A DNA stretch of 64,000 nt, from positions 135,842,001-135,906,000 of the forward strand of contig OX597814.1 of assembly GCA_951406725.2 (NCBI GenBank). Reading direction: 5' to 3'. Of this stretch, positions 39,753-52,684 are shown piece after piece. The position numbers were made by a program, and so were the translations under genes. Under the pieces are notes generated by a model. That model was not told the origin of the DNA. It saw only the letters and a list, made by a program, of their open reading frames with translations, and did no database searches. Position 1 is the first letter of the stretch, and each line of letters starts with the position of its first letter. The stretch is from Octopus vulgaris. Taxonomy: Eukaryota.

Positions 39753-41042
39753 CGAGGGACGTTCAATAAGTAATGCCCCTGACCCACTTGCAGTTGTTTG
39801 ATCTTGCTGAAATTTTGCCTGTGCAATTATTTATATCTCTATAGATTAAGTGGCAAATTACAGCTCTGAACTAATTGTGGTTTCTGATTTACAGGTATTT
39901 GAACTGAGTCAAGTGGGAAATGGAGCCTGTTGAGTGTCGAGCAGTGATCCGGTTTTTGTATTTGAAAGGACGCACACCACGGGAGACTTTTGATGAAATG
40001 AAAGTAACTTATGGTGATGATGCCCCATCATATGAACTTGTAAAACGCTGGCATCGTGAATTCAAACACGGTCGGAACTCTGTGGAAACAGCTCCCAGAT
40101 CTGGTCGCCCCTTCTGCCATTGATAAGGCATCTGTCCGTCAAGTTGAGGCTGCCATTTTGGAAGATCGACGCATAACTATTCGCCAAATAGCCCATGAGG
40201 TCAAGATTAGCACCGGGTCTGTGGAAACTATCATTCATGACCATTTGCATATGCAAAAGGTGTCTGCCAGATGGATTCCCAGGTTGCTCACACCTTTCCA
40301 GAAGCAAGAACGCGTCGATTGCTTGAGGATGAATTTGGAGATGTGCCAAGAAGATGAGTCAAAATTTTTCAAAAGGCTGATTACACAGGATGAAACCTGG
40401 GTCCATCATTATGATCCAGAGACCAAAGCCCAGTCAATGCAGTGGAAGCACCATGACTCACCTCCTCCAAAGAAGGCAAGGGTACAGCCCTCCGCTGGCA
40501 AGGTCATGCTCACAGTCTTCTGGGACCAGGACGGAGTAATGATGACAGATTTCCTGGCAAAGGGTGCCGCAATTACAGGAGTCTATTATGCTTCACTTTT
40601 GAGGAAATTAAGAGAAGCTATCAAAATCAAGAGGCGGGGCAAGATCAGCAAAGTCATCCTCCTCCTGCAGGACAACGCTCCGATCCACAACTCGTGTGTC
40701 GCCAGATCAGAAGCACAGGTGTGCGGCTATGAACTCATCCCCCATTCCCTTTACTCTCCTGACCTTGCACCTTCTGATGTTCACCTCTTCCCAGCCATGA
40801 AGTTGTTTTTGAAAAGAAAGCGTTTCCCAGATGATGCAGCCTTGATTTCTGAAGTCACGTCTGGTTGGAGGACCAAGCTGGGGTCTTCTACAAAAACGGT
40901 CTTCAGAGCTGCATCAAACAATGGGAGAAATGCGTAACTCTGGGTGGTTCCTATGTAGAAAAAGACTAATAACTGTGCCAAGTTTCGTTGCTCTACTGCT
41001 ATGGGAAGTGGGTCAGGGGCATTACTTATTGAACGCCCCTCG
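39753..41042 (+). mobile_element. Full-length mariner transposon (1290 bp)
   Basis: 37-bp TIRs cgaggg(a/g)cgttcaataagtaatgcccctgacccactt with 1 mismatch; TA duplication at 39751-52 and 41043-44; inserted in a SINE tail. Confidence 0.97.
39920..40969 (+). pseudogene. mariner DD34D transposase with two 1-bp frameshifts (~40110, ~40860)
   Basis: WIPRLL, ITQDETW, LQDNAP-34aa-YSPDLAPSD; C-terminus WEKCVTLGGSYVEKD* in a shifted frame. Confidence 0.93.
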
Positions 41043-44000
41043 TAAAAGAATTTTCTCCACAGTGAATTCAGTATTGGAAACATTTCTGGTGTGTCCTCCT
41101 TCCCTTGGTGTTGTAAATATGTATCGTTAAATGTTTAGCTAACCCTTTAACATCCAAATTAATGTAATGCTTATTCATTCACATTGTTTTGTATTAACCA
41201 TGTATTCTCTCATAGCTTTGAGATTTCAATGTTGTAATTGTCTATTATTAGAATGACATTGTAGGGTTGGTGTAAGAGGCCAGATCTGGTAAGTTTGAAC
41301 ATGGAACATGGAACAGTAGAATGTTTGGGCTGGACATGGCTGCTTTAAATGCTAAAAGGTTAACCCCAGGCCTGCTTTCCCAGACTAAAACAATATTAAA
41401 ATATTGCAGAACTGGATGACACTCAGTATTTGGGGAAGATGTTGAATGAATGAATTACCAGTAAATATATTTATAGCATACTATAACTACTCTAAAGTCA
41501 AAACAAGCTGTTCAGCAACATCAAACACTCAACTACGCAACTGAATATTTAGAAATGACAAAAGCATCACAATATCGGCTCTGTAATTAACTGCAAAGGA
41601 AGAAGTGATCCTGTTATGATGATAGAAATAGGAAGGGGATGTGAGTCAAATTATTGTTAACAACATAATATACAAAAGAAAAGGAACAGCCAAAATAGGA
41701 ACCATATTCAATACTCACTGAAAAATCATAGATTAGCTTTTCCTCTGTCTGTTTTTTGACACTGTAACCTTTTGATAGTAAACAGATTTTCAATGGTTCC
41801 AATGTTAGATATGTCAACATTAATTTGACAACTAATACTGACTAGAAATAATTTAGTAGTAACAAAAAAAAGAAAAAGAAAAGATTTTCATGCCTGTCAT
41901 AGATGAAGGCTTTGCTGTTATCAAGGTCAATGACACTGCTTTTTGCTGAAATTCTTGAGAGAAAAATACTATTGGTGAGTGATATAGGGCAGCTAGTTTC
42001 TGATTGATCTAGCTCTACAGAAACTCTACACATTTTCACTGAGAAGGGAGAGATTATTAGAGAGAATAAGGATATGATTGTTAATGATTACTTTCATCAT
42101 CTTTGAGATTTTGGAAGTGAAAACAGAAGGTTGGTAGCTGATAGCATATGAAAGTTTGCTTTTCTAGGAAATGGAATGCACTGTAAAGTGTTTTCAAAGA
42201 TGGGTTAGAGCTATATAGAAAGAAATGTTGAAGAATATGGCAAAGTTAGGAGATGTCTTGGGAGCACATTATTTGAAGGTAATGGAAGAGATATTATCAT
42301 GGTTGTTGCATTGTTAGCTTTGACCACCCAACAGAATTTCAGTCTAACCAATTTATTGTCATATTCTGTCTCATTATTCTTTATTTAGAGAAGAAAGGTG
42401 GCAAGCTGATAGAATTGTAAGCACACCAGAGAAAATATCTCACAGCATTTCTTCTGGTTTTTACATTCTGAGTTCAAATGCTACCAAGATTGACTTTGTC
42501 TTTAATTTTCAATCTTTTGGGGATTAATTAAGAAGTACTAATTAAGCACTGGAGTTGATGTAATTGACTTACCCCTTCACAAAAATGGCTAAGCTTGCAG
42601 TAAAATTTGAAACCATTATTCTTTATTTAGAATGGTGGATTGGCTGACTTGTTCAAGCATCGGAAAAAATGTTTTGCAACATTTGTTCTGGCTTTTTACA
42701 TTCTTAGTTCAAATACTGTTGAAGTCAACCTTGATTCTCCATAGCGAATAAAATAAAGTACCAGTTAATTACTTCCTTAATGTTTGTGGCCATTGTGCCT
42801 ATGTTAGAAACAATTATTTACATCTATAGAAAATTTCAATAACTTCAGATCCATAATCATAGCTCAATTGATGTGAATTTCACTTTGCAACTATATGGTT
42901 TTAGGTTCAAACCCACCTATAATATTTTGGGCAAGCATCTTCTACTATAACCATAGATTGATTAAAGTTTGGTGAAGGAAATTTGGTTAATGGAAACTGT
43001 CTAGAAGCACATTGGAGGGACTGTTCTTGTTCTTGGAGTGAGCTTAATCTTGGTTATCTCTAAGGGAACCACTCAGTTGCAAGAATTGGAAACAGAAATT
43101 AGAATTCCTAAGCTGCCACTGGCCTTTACATTGAGAGTTATTTGTAATATTAAGATATACATTAAAAAGAGACCCTTAACTGAAAAAAAATTATCATTAC
43201 AGCAATTTTCTCATAAGCAAAAGACAAATATCAAATTGGATAAAGTTATTGGGATACTAGATCATGAGTCATGTGTTTAAATCCATTTCAGGCATATCTT
43301 TGTAATTCTGAACATGACACTGCGTTGTATGTACTTCAGGTTACCTAGCAAATGGGAATATGTAGTAACTCTTTGGAGAATGCTCAGTTTTGGTTACAGC
43401 AGACTGATATCCTTTACAGAGGACTATATATCTCCCATCTGCTTGCTGTGACAGTAACCACAATTAATTACCAATCTTATGGATCCTTAAAGGTTTGTGA
43501 AAGGATTGATAACAAAGTTATATATTTTTCTTGATAATATGACCATACAATGTTTGCAATATAACAATGGCCTGCTTTTGAATAAGCTGTTAATGATATT
43601 GACTTCTATGTATAACTTATTCTATCCATTATACTCAAACAATATTTACTATTCAGTTTTCAGATAAGGCATCTATATCTTATTTATCTAAATTGGGGGC
43701 ATTTGAAGCTGTATTAGTAGTACTTGCTATTCTTAAATAGCAATTTGATCAGCATCAATAAAAGCAAACATACATTCTATAATCAATAAATTCCCTTGAA
43801 AATCAACACTCTTCAAACATCCATCTCTTTAAATCCAGTCAGGTTTTTATCGACAGTTTAATTGACCTCGGTCATTCAATCGTTTAGCTGACTAAATTAA
43901 ATCACATAAAAACAATGTTTATTTATAACTTCACTTTATAAATAAAACCATCCTATTTATATATGGAATATTATAGAAACTAAATTACCATGATTATTTT

Positions 44001-44434
44001 TTTGCCTTTTTCCTATACTAGCAAGTGGAAGTTAATATATTCATTCTTGTTATTGTCAGTTCCTAGAAGGTTCTGTTTTGATTGATTTCTTCAACATGAT
44101 GTTAAGCTAGAAAAACAGGAAGCTTATTTTATGCTGATATATTTTTTTAGGACATGATAATGTTTGTTTTCCTGTGAACGAGGAGATGGATATATCTACT
44201 ATCTAATAAATCTGCAAGAAATTTAGGAACAAGTGCTTTGCAGTTATACAGATTTTAAAATACTGCCAAATGTTATTTGGCATGGTGGTGTCATTATAAC
44301 AAGTTCACTTTAGAACCGGATGATTCCAGGTTCAATCCTAATTCAGTGCTGCATACAGCACTGAGAGCATGTGTTTTCTACCATAGCATTGAGTTAGCCA
44401 AATATGGTAAATGGAAACAAACCGTATGGCAGTT

Positions 44435-44499
<65 letters not shown>

Positions 44500-45499
44500 C
44501 ACACATACACAAGGTGCCGGCATGGCTGTGTGATTAAAAAGTTTTCTTCTCAATCACATAGTTGGGAGTTCAGTCCTACTTCAAGGCACCTTGGGCAAGT
44601 GCCTTCTGCTATCGGCTTTGGCCAACTAAAGCCTAGTGAATGGATTTGGCAGGTAGAAACTGAAAGAAGACCATCTCCCTCACTCTCTCTCTCTCATGCA
44701 CGCACATGTCTGTGTGTGTGTATAAGCATATGTATGTGTGTGTAATTGAGAGGGTACATATATTTGTGTCTCCTTGTCTTGACATTGCATGATTGTTGTA
44801 AATGAGTGTCACTGTCATACAAGCAGTGTCATTCATTTCCATCATTCTATGAAAGCATGTCTGACCCTAGAGAAATATTACCTTGATTAGAAACAAATGA
44901 GGGTTGGCAACAGAAAGAGTCCATCAGTCATTTTGATTTACTTTATAATTGAAGCTGAACTCTAGTTCTGGTTCCAAAATGCTTGTAATGGTTAGTGCTT
45001 AATAATCTTTTCCTAATTAAACATCTCACACACACACAGCATAAACCATCAAGTAAATATTTTCTTTGGGTACAATATATTCTCACTTAAATTATTTTCA
45101 GAGTCTCTAAGATATTATGTGAAGGCGCATGGCTCAGTGGTCAGAGTGTTGGGCTCACAATCATGAGGTAGTGAATTCAATTCCTGGACTGGGATGTGTG
45201 TTGTGTTCTTTAGCAAGACACTTTATTTCATGTTGTTCCAGTTCACTCAGCTGTAGAAATGAGTAGTAATGTCGCTGGTGCCAAGCTGTATTGGTTTTTG
45301 ATTTTCCCTTGGATAACATTAGTGGTGTGGAGAAGGGGGTTCTGGTTACATGGGCAACTACTGGTCTTTCATACGCAACCTTGCCTGGACTTGTGTCTCA
45401 GAGGGTAACTTTCTTGGTGCAATTTCATAGTCATTCATGACCAAAGGGGGTCTTTACTCTTTAAGAGTTCATAAAGAAGGTAATTTGCACTTGGTTATG

Positions 45500-46110
45500 T
45501 AGAAATAACTTGTTGAAGATGTCACCAATTTCACGTTCATGGGCAGCTGGTGATTCTGAAGCAGATTTCAATTCCAGAATTGAGCATGCTGCAGCAGTGT
45601 TTAGAGGAATGAACAAGATTTGGGCTAACACTTTGATTAGCAATGTTATGACTATCATGCTATACTAGAGCATTGTCCTGCTAACAGCAGTCTATGCAGG
45701 ACAAACTTGGGAAATGACTTCCAAGATCACTCAGAGGTTAAATGCATTCAATCAATGGCTACTATGCAGTATATTCAAGATCACCTACAGGGACAGAATC
45801 ACAAACTGAAGTCCTGAGACAAACCAATCTGTGCAGCCTTCCAGAAATTGTGGTAGAAAGAGGAGTGAGACTTGAAGGTCATGTTTTCCAATTGCTAGGA
45901 GAATGAATACTCAAGACAGCTATCCCAAAGGGATGAAGAAGAGAGGGATCCAAAAAGACATTATGTGCCATCTTCATAGAAGATCTGAAGCAACTTAGCA
46001 TCACTTGGGGAGATGCAGGCAACTATGCTCCAAAGTAGGCTGTTTAAAGACATTTTGCTACCTGATGTATGGGCCAGCTGTATAGGAGAAACTTGAAGAC
46101 TTTGTGGAAA
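45500..46110 (+). mobile_element. Old RTE LINE C-terminal remnant
   Basis: Broken translation VTNFTFMGS..SRIEHAAAVFRGMNKIW..YAGQTW..RLNAF..IFKITYRDRITN. Confidence 0.7.
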
Positions 46111-46945
46111 TGAGTGAGCAAAGAAGTAAATCTTTTGGATGGAATGACAGCATAATATTGGTTTCAAGTTTTGGCACAAGACCAGCAGCTTCTAGGAAGA
46201 GGTTGAATTGATTACATCAACCCCAGTGCTTGACTGGTACTTATTTTATTGATCTTGAAAGGATGGAAGGCAAAGTCAACCTTGGCCGAATTTGAACTTA
46301 GAACATAAGGACAGACAAAATAGCACTAAGCATTTTGCCTAGTGAGCTACCAATTCTGCCAGCTTGCCACTTTATGGCAGCATGATATTCTCAGAAGACA
46401 CAACTGTATTCTACATTGATTTGAATTCATAATCCACAAGCTAAAGGTCTGGTACCTAATGCCACCTGGTTATTTTATCTCTAAATCTGTAATTAAACCA
46501 TGAAAGTGTACAGACATACAATCCAGTTAACTACTTATCTCTAATTAAATTATAAGCGTTAATTGTACAAGTGTGAAAATATGCAAGTATATTATTCAAG
46601 ATTAGTGCATAGTGTAGAAAATAACAATCTGTTAAGGCTAGCTAATATATCTGCAACAATAGCAAGTGTGCAACTGTGTGAGTTGCCAGGAGGCTTGTTT
46701 ATGAACTTGACTAATTACATAAAACATGCTGAAATATTTCTCATTATTACAATCTATAATTGGACAACTTCCCCAGATAATAATTAGCTTTGCTGAAATT
46801 TCATTACATTGCACTGCTCAATGTCTATCATAGTTATTTGTCTTACATTACATTTCACACACTGAAATTTTCTGTGGGATAGAAAACTGATGAAGATATC
46901 AGTCAGTGAAATATGGGATAGAAAGTTCATAAAGATATCAGATAT

Positions 46946-47001
<56 letters not shown>

Positions 47002-47638
47002 TATCATCATCGTCATCGTCGTCATTGCTGTCGTTGTCATTGTTGTTGTTGTTATCATATTCATCATTGTCATCATGAAAAGAGAGAGGGCAAATGGTGA
47101 GCAGTCATAGAAATGGTTAGTAGTAGGATAGAATGATGGATGTTACTTATATGTTTTCTGAGAAGGAGTGGTGGTGCTAAGGAATATAGAAAGGTAATGA
47201 CAACTGTTGAGAGAGAGGGGGGGAGAGAAAGAGAGAGTGAGAGAGGGAGAGAGAGAAAGAGAGAGAGAGAGAGAGTGATGAATAATCAAGATGGCAAGGG
47301 TGACTGAGTGATGGATATCAATAAGAGTTACTTGAGGGAGAGTGAGTCATGGCTATCATTACAGGAGAGTAAATGGATGGGAATATTGGACACCGACATA
47401 TCTGATGCAATTCTTTGTCTGTCCAACATCACGATGAGAAAGAAAGGGGAGAGAAAGAGATACTGATGGTGGTAGGAAGGACTGAAAATAAACTGGTTTA
47501 ATATTTTCCTTTAATACAAGGTGGGGATTATAATACAGGAGAGGGGTGATAGAAAAGTGAGAGAGATAGCAAAAGGATATTATAGAGACAGGATGGGTGA
47601 AAACCCTAGATGTAGATATGTATTATATATATATTGCA

Positions 47639-47685
<47 letters not shown>

Positions 47686-48052
47686 GATGCATATGTGCCC
47701 AGATTACAGAGTGTGTAACTTTGTCAAAAACCTCCAGATCAATGAATAAGTGGTACAAGTGGTTGTCTTACAAGGAAAATGGCACCAGTGGCCCTTCTTT
47801 CACATATAAATCTAAACAGCATCTCATCTAAACTAACTCTTTCCATATATTTTATAACTTGTCCCATCAATTTTCTGTCTTTGTAATTACCTCCCTCTCA
47901 TGCATCAACCTTTATGGAAACATGTGGCATAGTGGAAATGGTGTTGGACTCAGGATTGTAAGATTCTGGTTTTGATTCCTGGACTGCGCAATGTGTCATG
48001 TTCTTAAGCAAAACACTTCATTTCATGTTGCTCCAGTTCACTCAGCTTGCAA

Positions 48053-49716
48053 CCCTACTGCTTATGTGGCAGGACTATATTTTTTTCCAGATGTTTGTAC
48101 ATTGACTCTGCAAGTATTCCAGTCAATAATTTCCACATAAGTGACAAACAGGATATCGGCCTGTAATTGTCTACTGTATTGCCTTTTTTGATGTTTTTCA
48201 GGCACAGCACTATCCTACCCAATGTCAACCACTCTGGTGTTACTTGATCAGCATTTGACAAGATGTTTGAGTTGTGCAGCTATTCATACATGACATTCAC
48301 CAAATCTTTTGATCCAGTAGTCTTGAACTCCATCTGATCCCAAGGCTTTCCAGTTGTCCATTTTTTTGCTGATTTCCTTCACTTCCCTAACTGTAATGAC
48401 TAGTTCTGCCTGTTTTGGACAGAGTACTGTTTGTTTCAGTTCTTGCAACCATTCAGCATCCTTCTTGTGTTGTCTTTGCTCCAGATGTCACTCCAAAACC
48501 TTTGACTTTCAATGTTATCTGGTATTAACTTTTCATCTCTACACTCTCCATTTATTTCTTTATAGAATCTTTTCTGATCTACCCTGAATAATCTATTCTG
48601 CTGGTATCCTTTCATTCTTTGGTTGTATCTTACCATCTTTGCTTTCTTTGCAATGAGGCACTGTTTCAGTTCCTCCATTACCACTTTCAGGCCCTTTCTT
48701 TCAATAATATACTTCCTTTTCAGTGCCCTGTATTTTTGTTTGCTTTTAATCTCCCTTTCTCTTTTCGGTCTAACACAGAGATTTCCTTCGAGAACATGTC
48801 TAATCCTGTCTGGATTCTTCTTTTCCACCATGGATCTTTTCTTTTGTCACTCCCATTATGTTTCTTTTTCTTGACATCAACACCCACGTTTTCTGCTACA
48901 ACAATATCTGTTGCCTTGATCAAATTATTTGTCTCTGTGATGTTTGTTCTGATGTATTTCAGAATTTCATTGATAGTTTTTGTTTCTTGATTCAGTTTCC
49001 ATTGATCAACCTTTTTAAAGTAGCAAATAATGTCGCTATCGTTCTCTTGTAGTCTTACCTTTATTCTGTCGTAGATTGTCTTTTGTTCATCTGTCTTGTT
49101 GCCATTAGTTTTATTGTCTTCTTTTGGATCACCTATATGTCTCTCATCAAGTAAACTACCACTGCTCCTTTCCTGTGCTATGGGATTACTCTCATTAGTA
49201 AGAACTGTATTTTCATTGTTATCTCTGCTGCTATTTTCTATAACCCGTCTTTTGATAGCTTTGAGCTCTACTTCTGTGAACCAACAATTTTTCCCTATTA
49301 CTCTAGCTTGATCACATAGTCTCTGTTCCATGAGTTGAAACAATATCTTTTCTCTCCAATGATTATACATACGTTGTCGGTAACCCCTAATTTGAGCACC
49401 ATTTTCATCTACTGGGCTGCTCAGGTAGTAACACTCTATGACCACAGCATTAATTTGCTTGCTTCATCTACGCCATATGTGGTGGTCCCTTTCTGGATAT
49501 CGACAGGCTGAAGCCAGACCAGAATCTCTTACCCTACCGGGTGTAACACTATCACCATCATTTGCTTCAGTTTCATTACCACCGTTATTCACAATATTTT
49601 GTCTTTTTCATTGTCACTCATGTGAGGTAGCGATTATCAGGTTGCGAAATTACCAGTATTTTTATTGTGACACCATCACTAGATGGTGTCACTAGAAACG
49701 CCACCAGTTTCCTTTC
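48053..49716 (-). mobile_element. R4/Dong-type LINE 5' portion, decayed, broken off inside RT
   Basis: VIECYYLS..GYRQRMYNHW..EQRLCDQARVI; PWWKRRI; QQNRLF..DQKRFY; [29 protein letters not shown]; 5' end abuts (TAA)n. Confidence 0.9.
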
Positions 49717-50288
49717 ATTATTATTATTATCATCATCACTGATATCACTGATATCATTGTTTTTATGTGTAGTAGCAGCAGTGGTTGCAGCAATGGCAAC
49801 AGTAGCAGGGGTTGGGGTAGTGGTAAGGGTGGTAGTTGGGCCTCAGATTCCTGTGCTACCATAATAGTAGTAGTTGACAGTTTTGCAAAAATATTTCTAA
49901 CTGAAAATATACATGCATGGCATTGTGATTTTATGCACCCAACAAAGTATTATTGTTAAGCTGAAACTGTTGCTAATGTAAAAACAAATGGAATGGTGAA
50001 ACTGTTACGTGATGCAGCATGGAATTTTGTCAATAAACAGGTCTTGGTCTCAAAGCGACAAAAATATTTTGGCAAATTAAATTTAAATGTTGAAGTGAAT
50101 CTAACGGTTTTTGTGCCTTTTTAAATGGCTCATAAACACCTTCCATGCCGCAATTCTTTTTGTTTCAGCACACAATCTCAGATCAGGTCACTTGTTATAC
50201 AAGTACATCTCCATAACTGTTTTTTTGTTTTCTGAAAAAGCAATGTTTTGGACTTAGACACTTTTGCATAATAGCAATGATATATATG

Positions 50289-50818
50289 TATTAATTCCTT
50301 TCTGGTTTTTAATTGCTAGCGAACCACTCATACTATAATGTGTTTAATATATCTTAATATATTAATATATCATTGTAATATCTTCTTGTATTGATAACAT
50401 ACACTCTAACTGTTTGAATTTGGTGCTGCCTATCAACAGTTTCCTTTTCTCATTTACTATTATGAAGCAAACTATCTCTTTAGCCCTGAGTAGTTGGTAG
50501 ATGCTTCTGAAGAGAAACAAGACCTTATTGGTTAAATTTTGAAATCATGTGATAAATCCTTGTCCAGCTATTTCTTTTCATGAGTCTATCTCACAAGGGA
50601 AAGATCATTTTAGTTTGCTGTGCCCACTTCCCATAAATGTAATGAGGTTAGTACTATTTGTAGCTTTCAGAGTTAATTTTTAGCAATCGCTGGTGCTATT
50701 TTGCATACTTTATTTATTAATTCCTTTTTGGTTTTTAATTACTAGCGAGTCACTCATGCTATAATGTAATATATCTTAACATATTAATATACCATTGTAA
50801 TATCTTCTTGTATTGATT
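50289..50818 (+). mobile_element. Tandem-monomer (426-bp period) hammerhead element, retrozyme/pLTR-like
   Basis: ~105-bp direct repeats starting at 50289 and 50715; hammerhead in between; (TA)n flanks. Confidence 0.65.
50503..50558 (+). ncRNA. Type-I hammerhead ribozyme motif
   Basis: gctt-CTGAAGA-gaaacaagacc(ttatt)ggttaaatttt-GAA-ATCAtgTGAT-A-aatc; core intact, stems partly eroded. Confidence 0.55.
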
Positions 50819-50830
50819 ATATATATATAT

Positions 50831-51210
50831 AAGTAATATTCGTAGCCACTTTAACATGACTGTCCATTCGAGTGGACTCTACTACAGTTTTTTAACCCCA
50901 AGAGGACATCTCCTCTAGCTGGTTAATGATGCACAGCCGCATCCGATAAAATTGTGAGCAGGGGAGTGAACCCCTACCAGCTCTTAGCGACGGGATCAGT
51001 AGACCAGTGCTAGTTTCGGGCTATTTCTACCACTCCTCAGTATAGGATACCTCGTCTGCTAGAGATGATAGCAGCTCACTTCTGCACACAATATATATAT
51101 TTCAAGCGAACATACAGTCACTGATTTGCAACATGCAAAAATACTAGTTCTAAAATCTCTCTAAGAGATCAATGCAGTAGTTGTACTAACAAGTAATATT
51201 TGTAGTCACT
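50831..51210 (-). mobile_element. Hammerhead element, ~360-bp monomer with ~20-bp terminal redundancy; same family as 14896-15250
   Basis: aagtaatattcgtagccact (50831) / aagtaatatttgtagtcact (51191); shares gatgtcctc.tgggg.ttaaaaaa and agttctaaaat blocks with the 15 kb copy. Confidence 0.65.
50998..51043 (-). ncRNA. Minimal type-I hammerhead ribozyme motif
   Basis: Minus strand: ata-CTGAGGA-gtggtagaaatagccc-GAA-ACTAGcaCTGGT-C-tac; intact core, GUC site. Confidence 0.7.
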
Positions 51211-51220
51211 GCTTCGATCA

Positions 51221-51279
51221 ATCCCTAGGGATATCTGAAGAAGGAATTTTTATATTCTGAAATATATCAGACTATGGAT
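51221..51279 (+). ncRNA. Type-I hammerhead ribozyme motif
   Basis: atccctag..tat-CTGAAGA-a-ggaat(ttttat)attct-GAA-ATATAT-C-aga-ctatggat; palindromic stem III; distal stem I atccctag/ctatggat. Confidence 0.6.
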
Positions 51280-51570
51280 GATTAAATTACACCAGTTATT
51301 ATAGTGCATTATTGTACCAATCAAAACACATTATTACTATATATCATCATCATCATCGTTTAACGTCCGCTTTCCATTATTATTATTGATATAAGGAAAT
51401 TAATATCGAAACTCCTCATAAAGATATACCCGTGTGAAAATAGTTATTGTATTAAATATATAAATAAATAAATATAAATATATATCAAAATATATGTAAA
51501 TGCGTATAAGTATAAATATAATGTATAGATATATTTGATAACTTAAAAGTTTTGAATTAATTATTTAAAG

Positions 51571-51661
51571 CATCTTACGATCTTTCACAGAAGAGTTGTC
51601 CCTATAATGAAATCCTATATTGATAAGCATTTATAGACAATGCTTCAGCTCTTCAGAGATA
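51571..51661 (-). ncRNA. Type-I hammerhead ribozyme motif with extended stem II
   Basis: Minus strand: tatct-CTGAAGA-gctgaagcattgtctata...tatagggacaactcttctgt-GAAA-GATCGT-A-agatg. Confidence 0.65.
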
Positions 51662-51793
51662 TAAAATATGAATATTGTATAACATATCGAATGATAGGTT
51701 TTTTTTTAAAGTTTGAAGTAAAACTGTAAAATGGTGTTTGTTTGAAATATAAATTCAAAATTCAAAATTACTACTTTTGATGAGAGTCTTGTT

Positions 51794-51847
<54 letters not shown>

Positions 51848-51879
51848 CATACAAAGAAAGAATATAATTTAAATTAAGT

Positions 51880-51962
51880 TTCACTACAGCTGTTTCAGAT
51901 GTGGATTTTATTGATGAATAAACTGATTACACTGTAAAAAAACCCTGTTTTCTTCAGGTGAA
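51880..51962 (-). ncRNA. Type-I hammerhead ribozyme motif with extended stem II
   Basis: Minus strand: ttcac-CTGAAGA-(~54 nt; gggtttt/aaaatcc)-GAA-ACAGCTGT-A-gtgaa; perfect stem I, palindromic stem III. Confidence 0.75.
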
Positions 51963-52263
51963 TTAAAATGAAACTGCATACTGACTTGCATGTGTATATA
52001 ATTTCATATACATCTATATTTATATGGATGTGTATGTTGAATTGTTCTTATGCATATATATGTAAGTGTTGAGACATGTCCATGTATGTGTGAGCTTCTG
52101 TTTACAGTGTATACATGACTATACTAATTGTGCCACTAACTTGGTGTCCTTGTTTTTAAAATACCTTGATCCAAATAAATCCTACAATCAATTAATATAT
52201 ATAGATATACACATAATTAATATATATACTCACACGCATGCACATGCATATACATACTCATAA

Positions 52264-52311
<48 letters not shown>

Positions 52312-52547
52312 AGTAATTTTTTACTAGTTTCATCTTGCCTCTTTGTTTTCTCTCCGTGTTGATATATGGACAATTAAGGTAGTTTTAGAGTCAGATCATG
52401 GCTGCAATTTTCAGCATGGTGGTATCTCGTAGATACCCTAATTTATAATTTTAATAATTATTTACCTTTAAAGGTTATTTTTTCCATGCTGACCACTTGA
52501 TAAAATCGTTATTTATTTTTAGATTAACGATCTTATCCTTATTTATA

Positions 52548-52684
<137 letters not shown>

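Noticed and set aside
50024-50076. Hammerhead-like layout tttgtca...gcgac-aaaaatattt-tggcaaa
   Set aside because: Both catalytic core segments are absent in this copy
52322-52400. Minus-strand GAAACTAGTA hammerhead 3' half
   Set aside because: No CUGANGA core or stem I partner upstream
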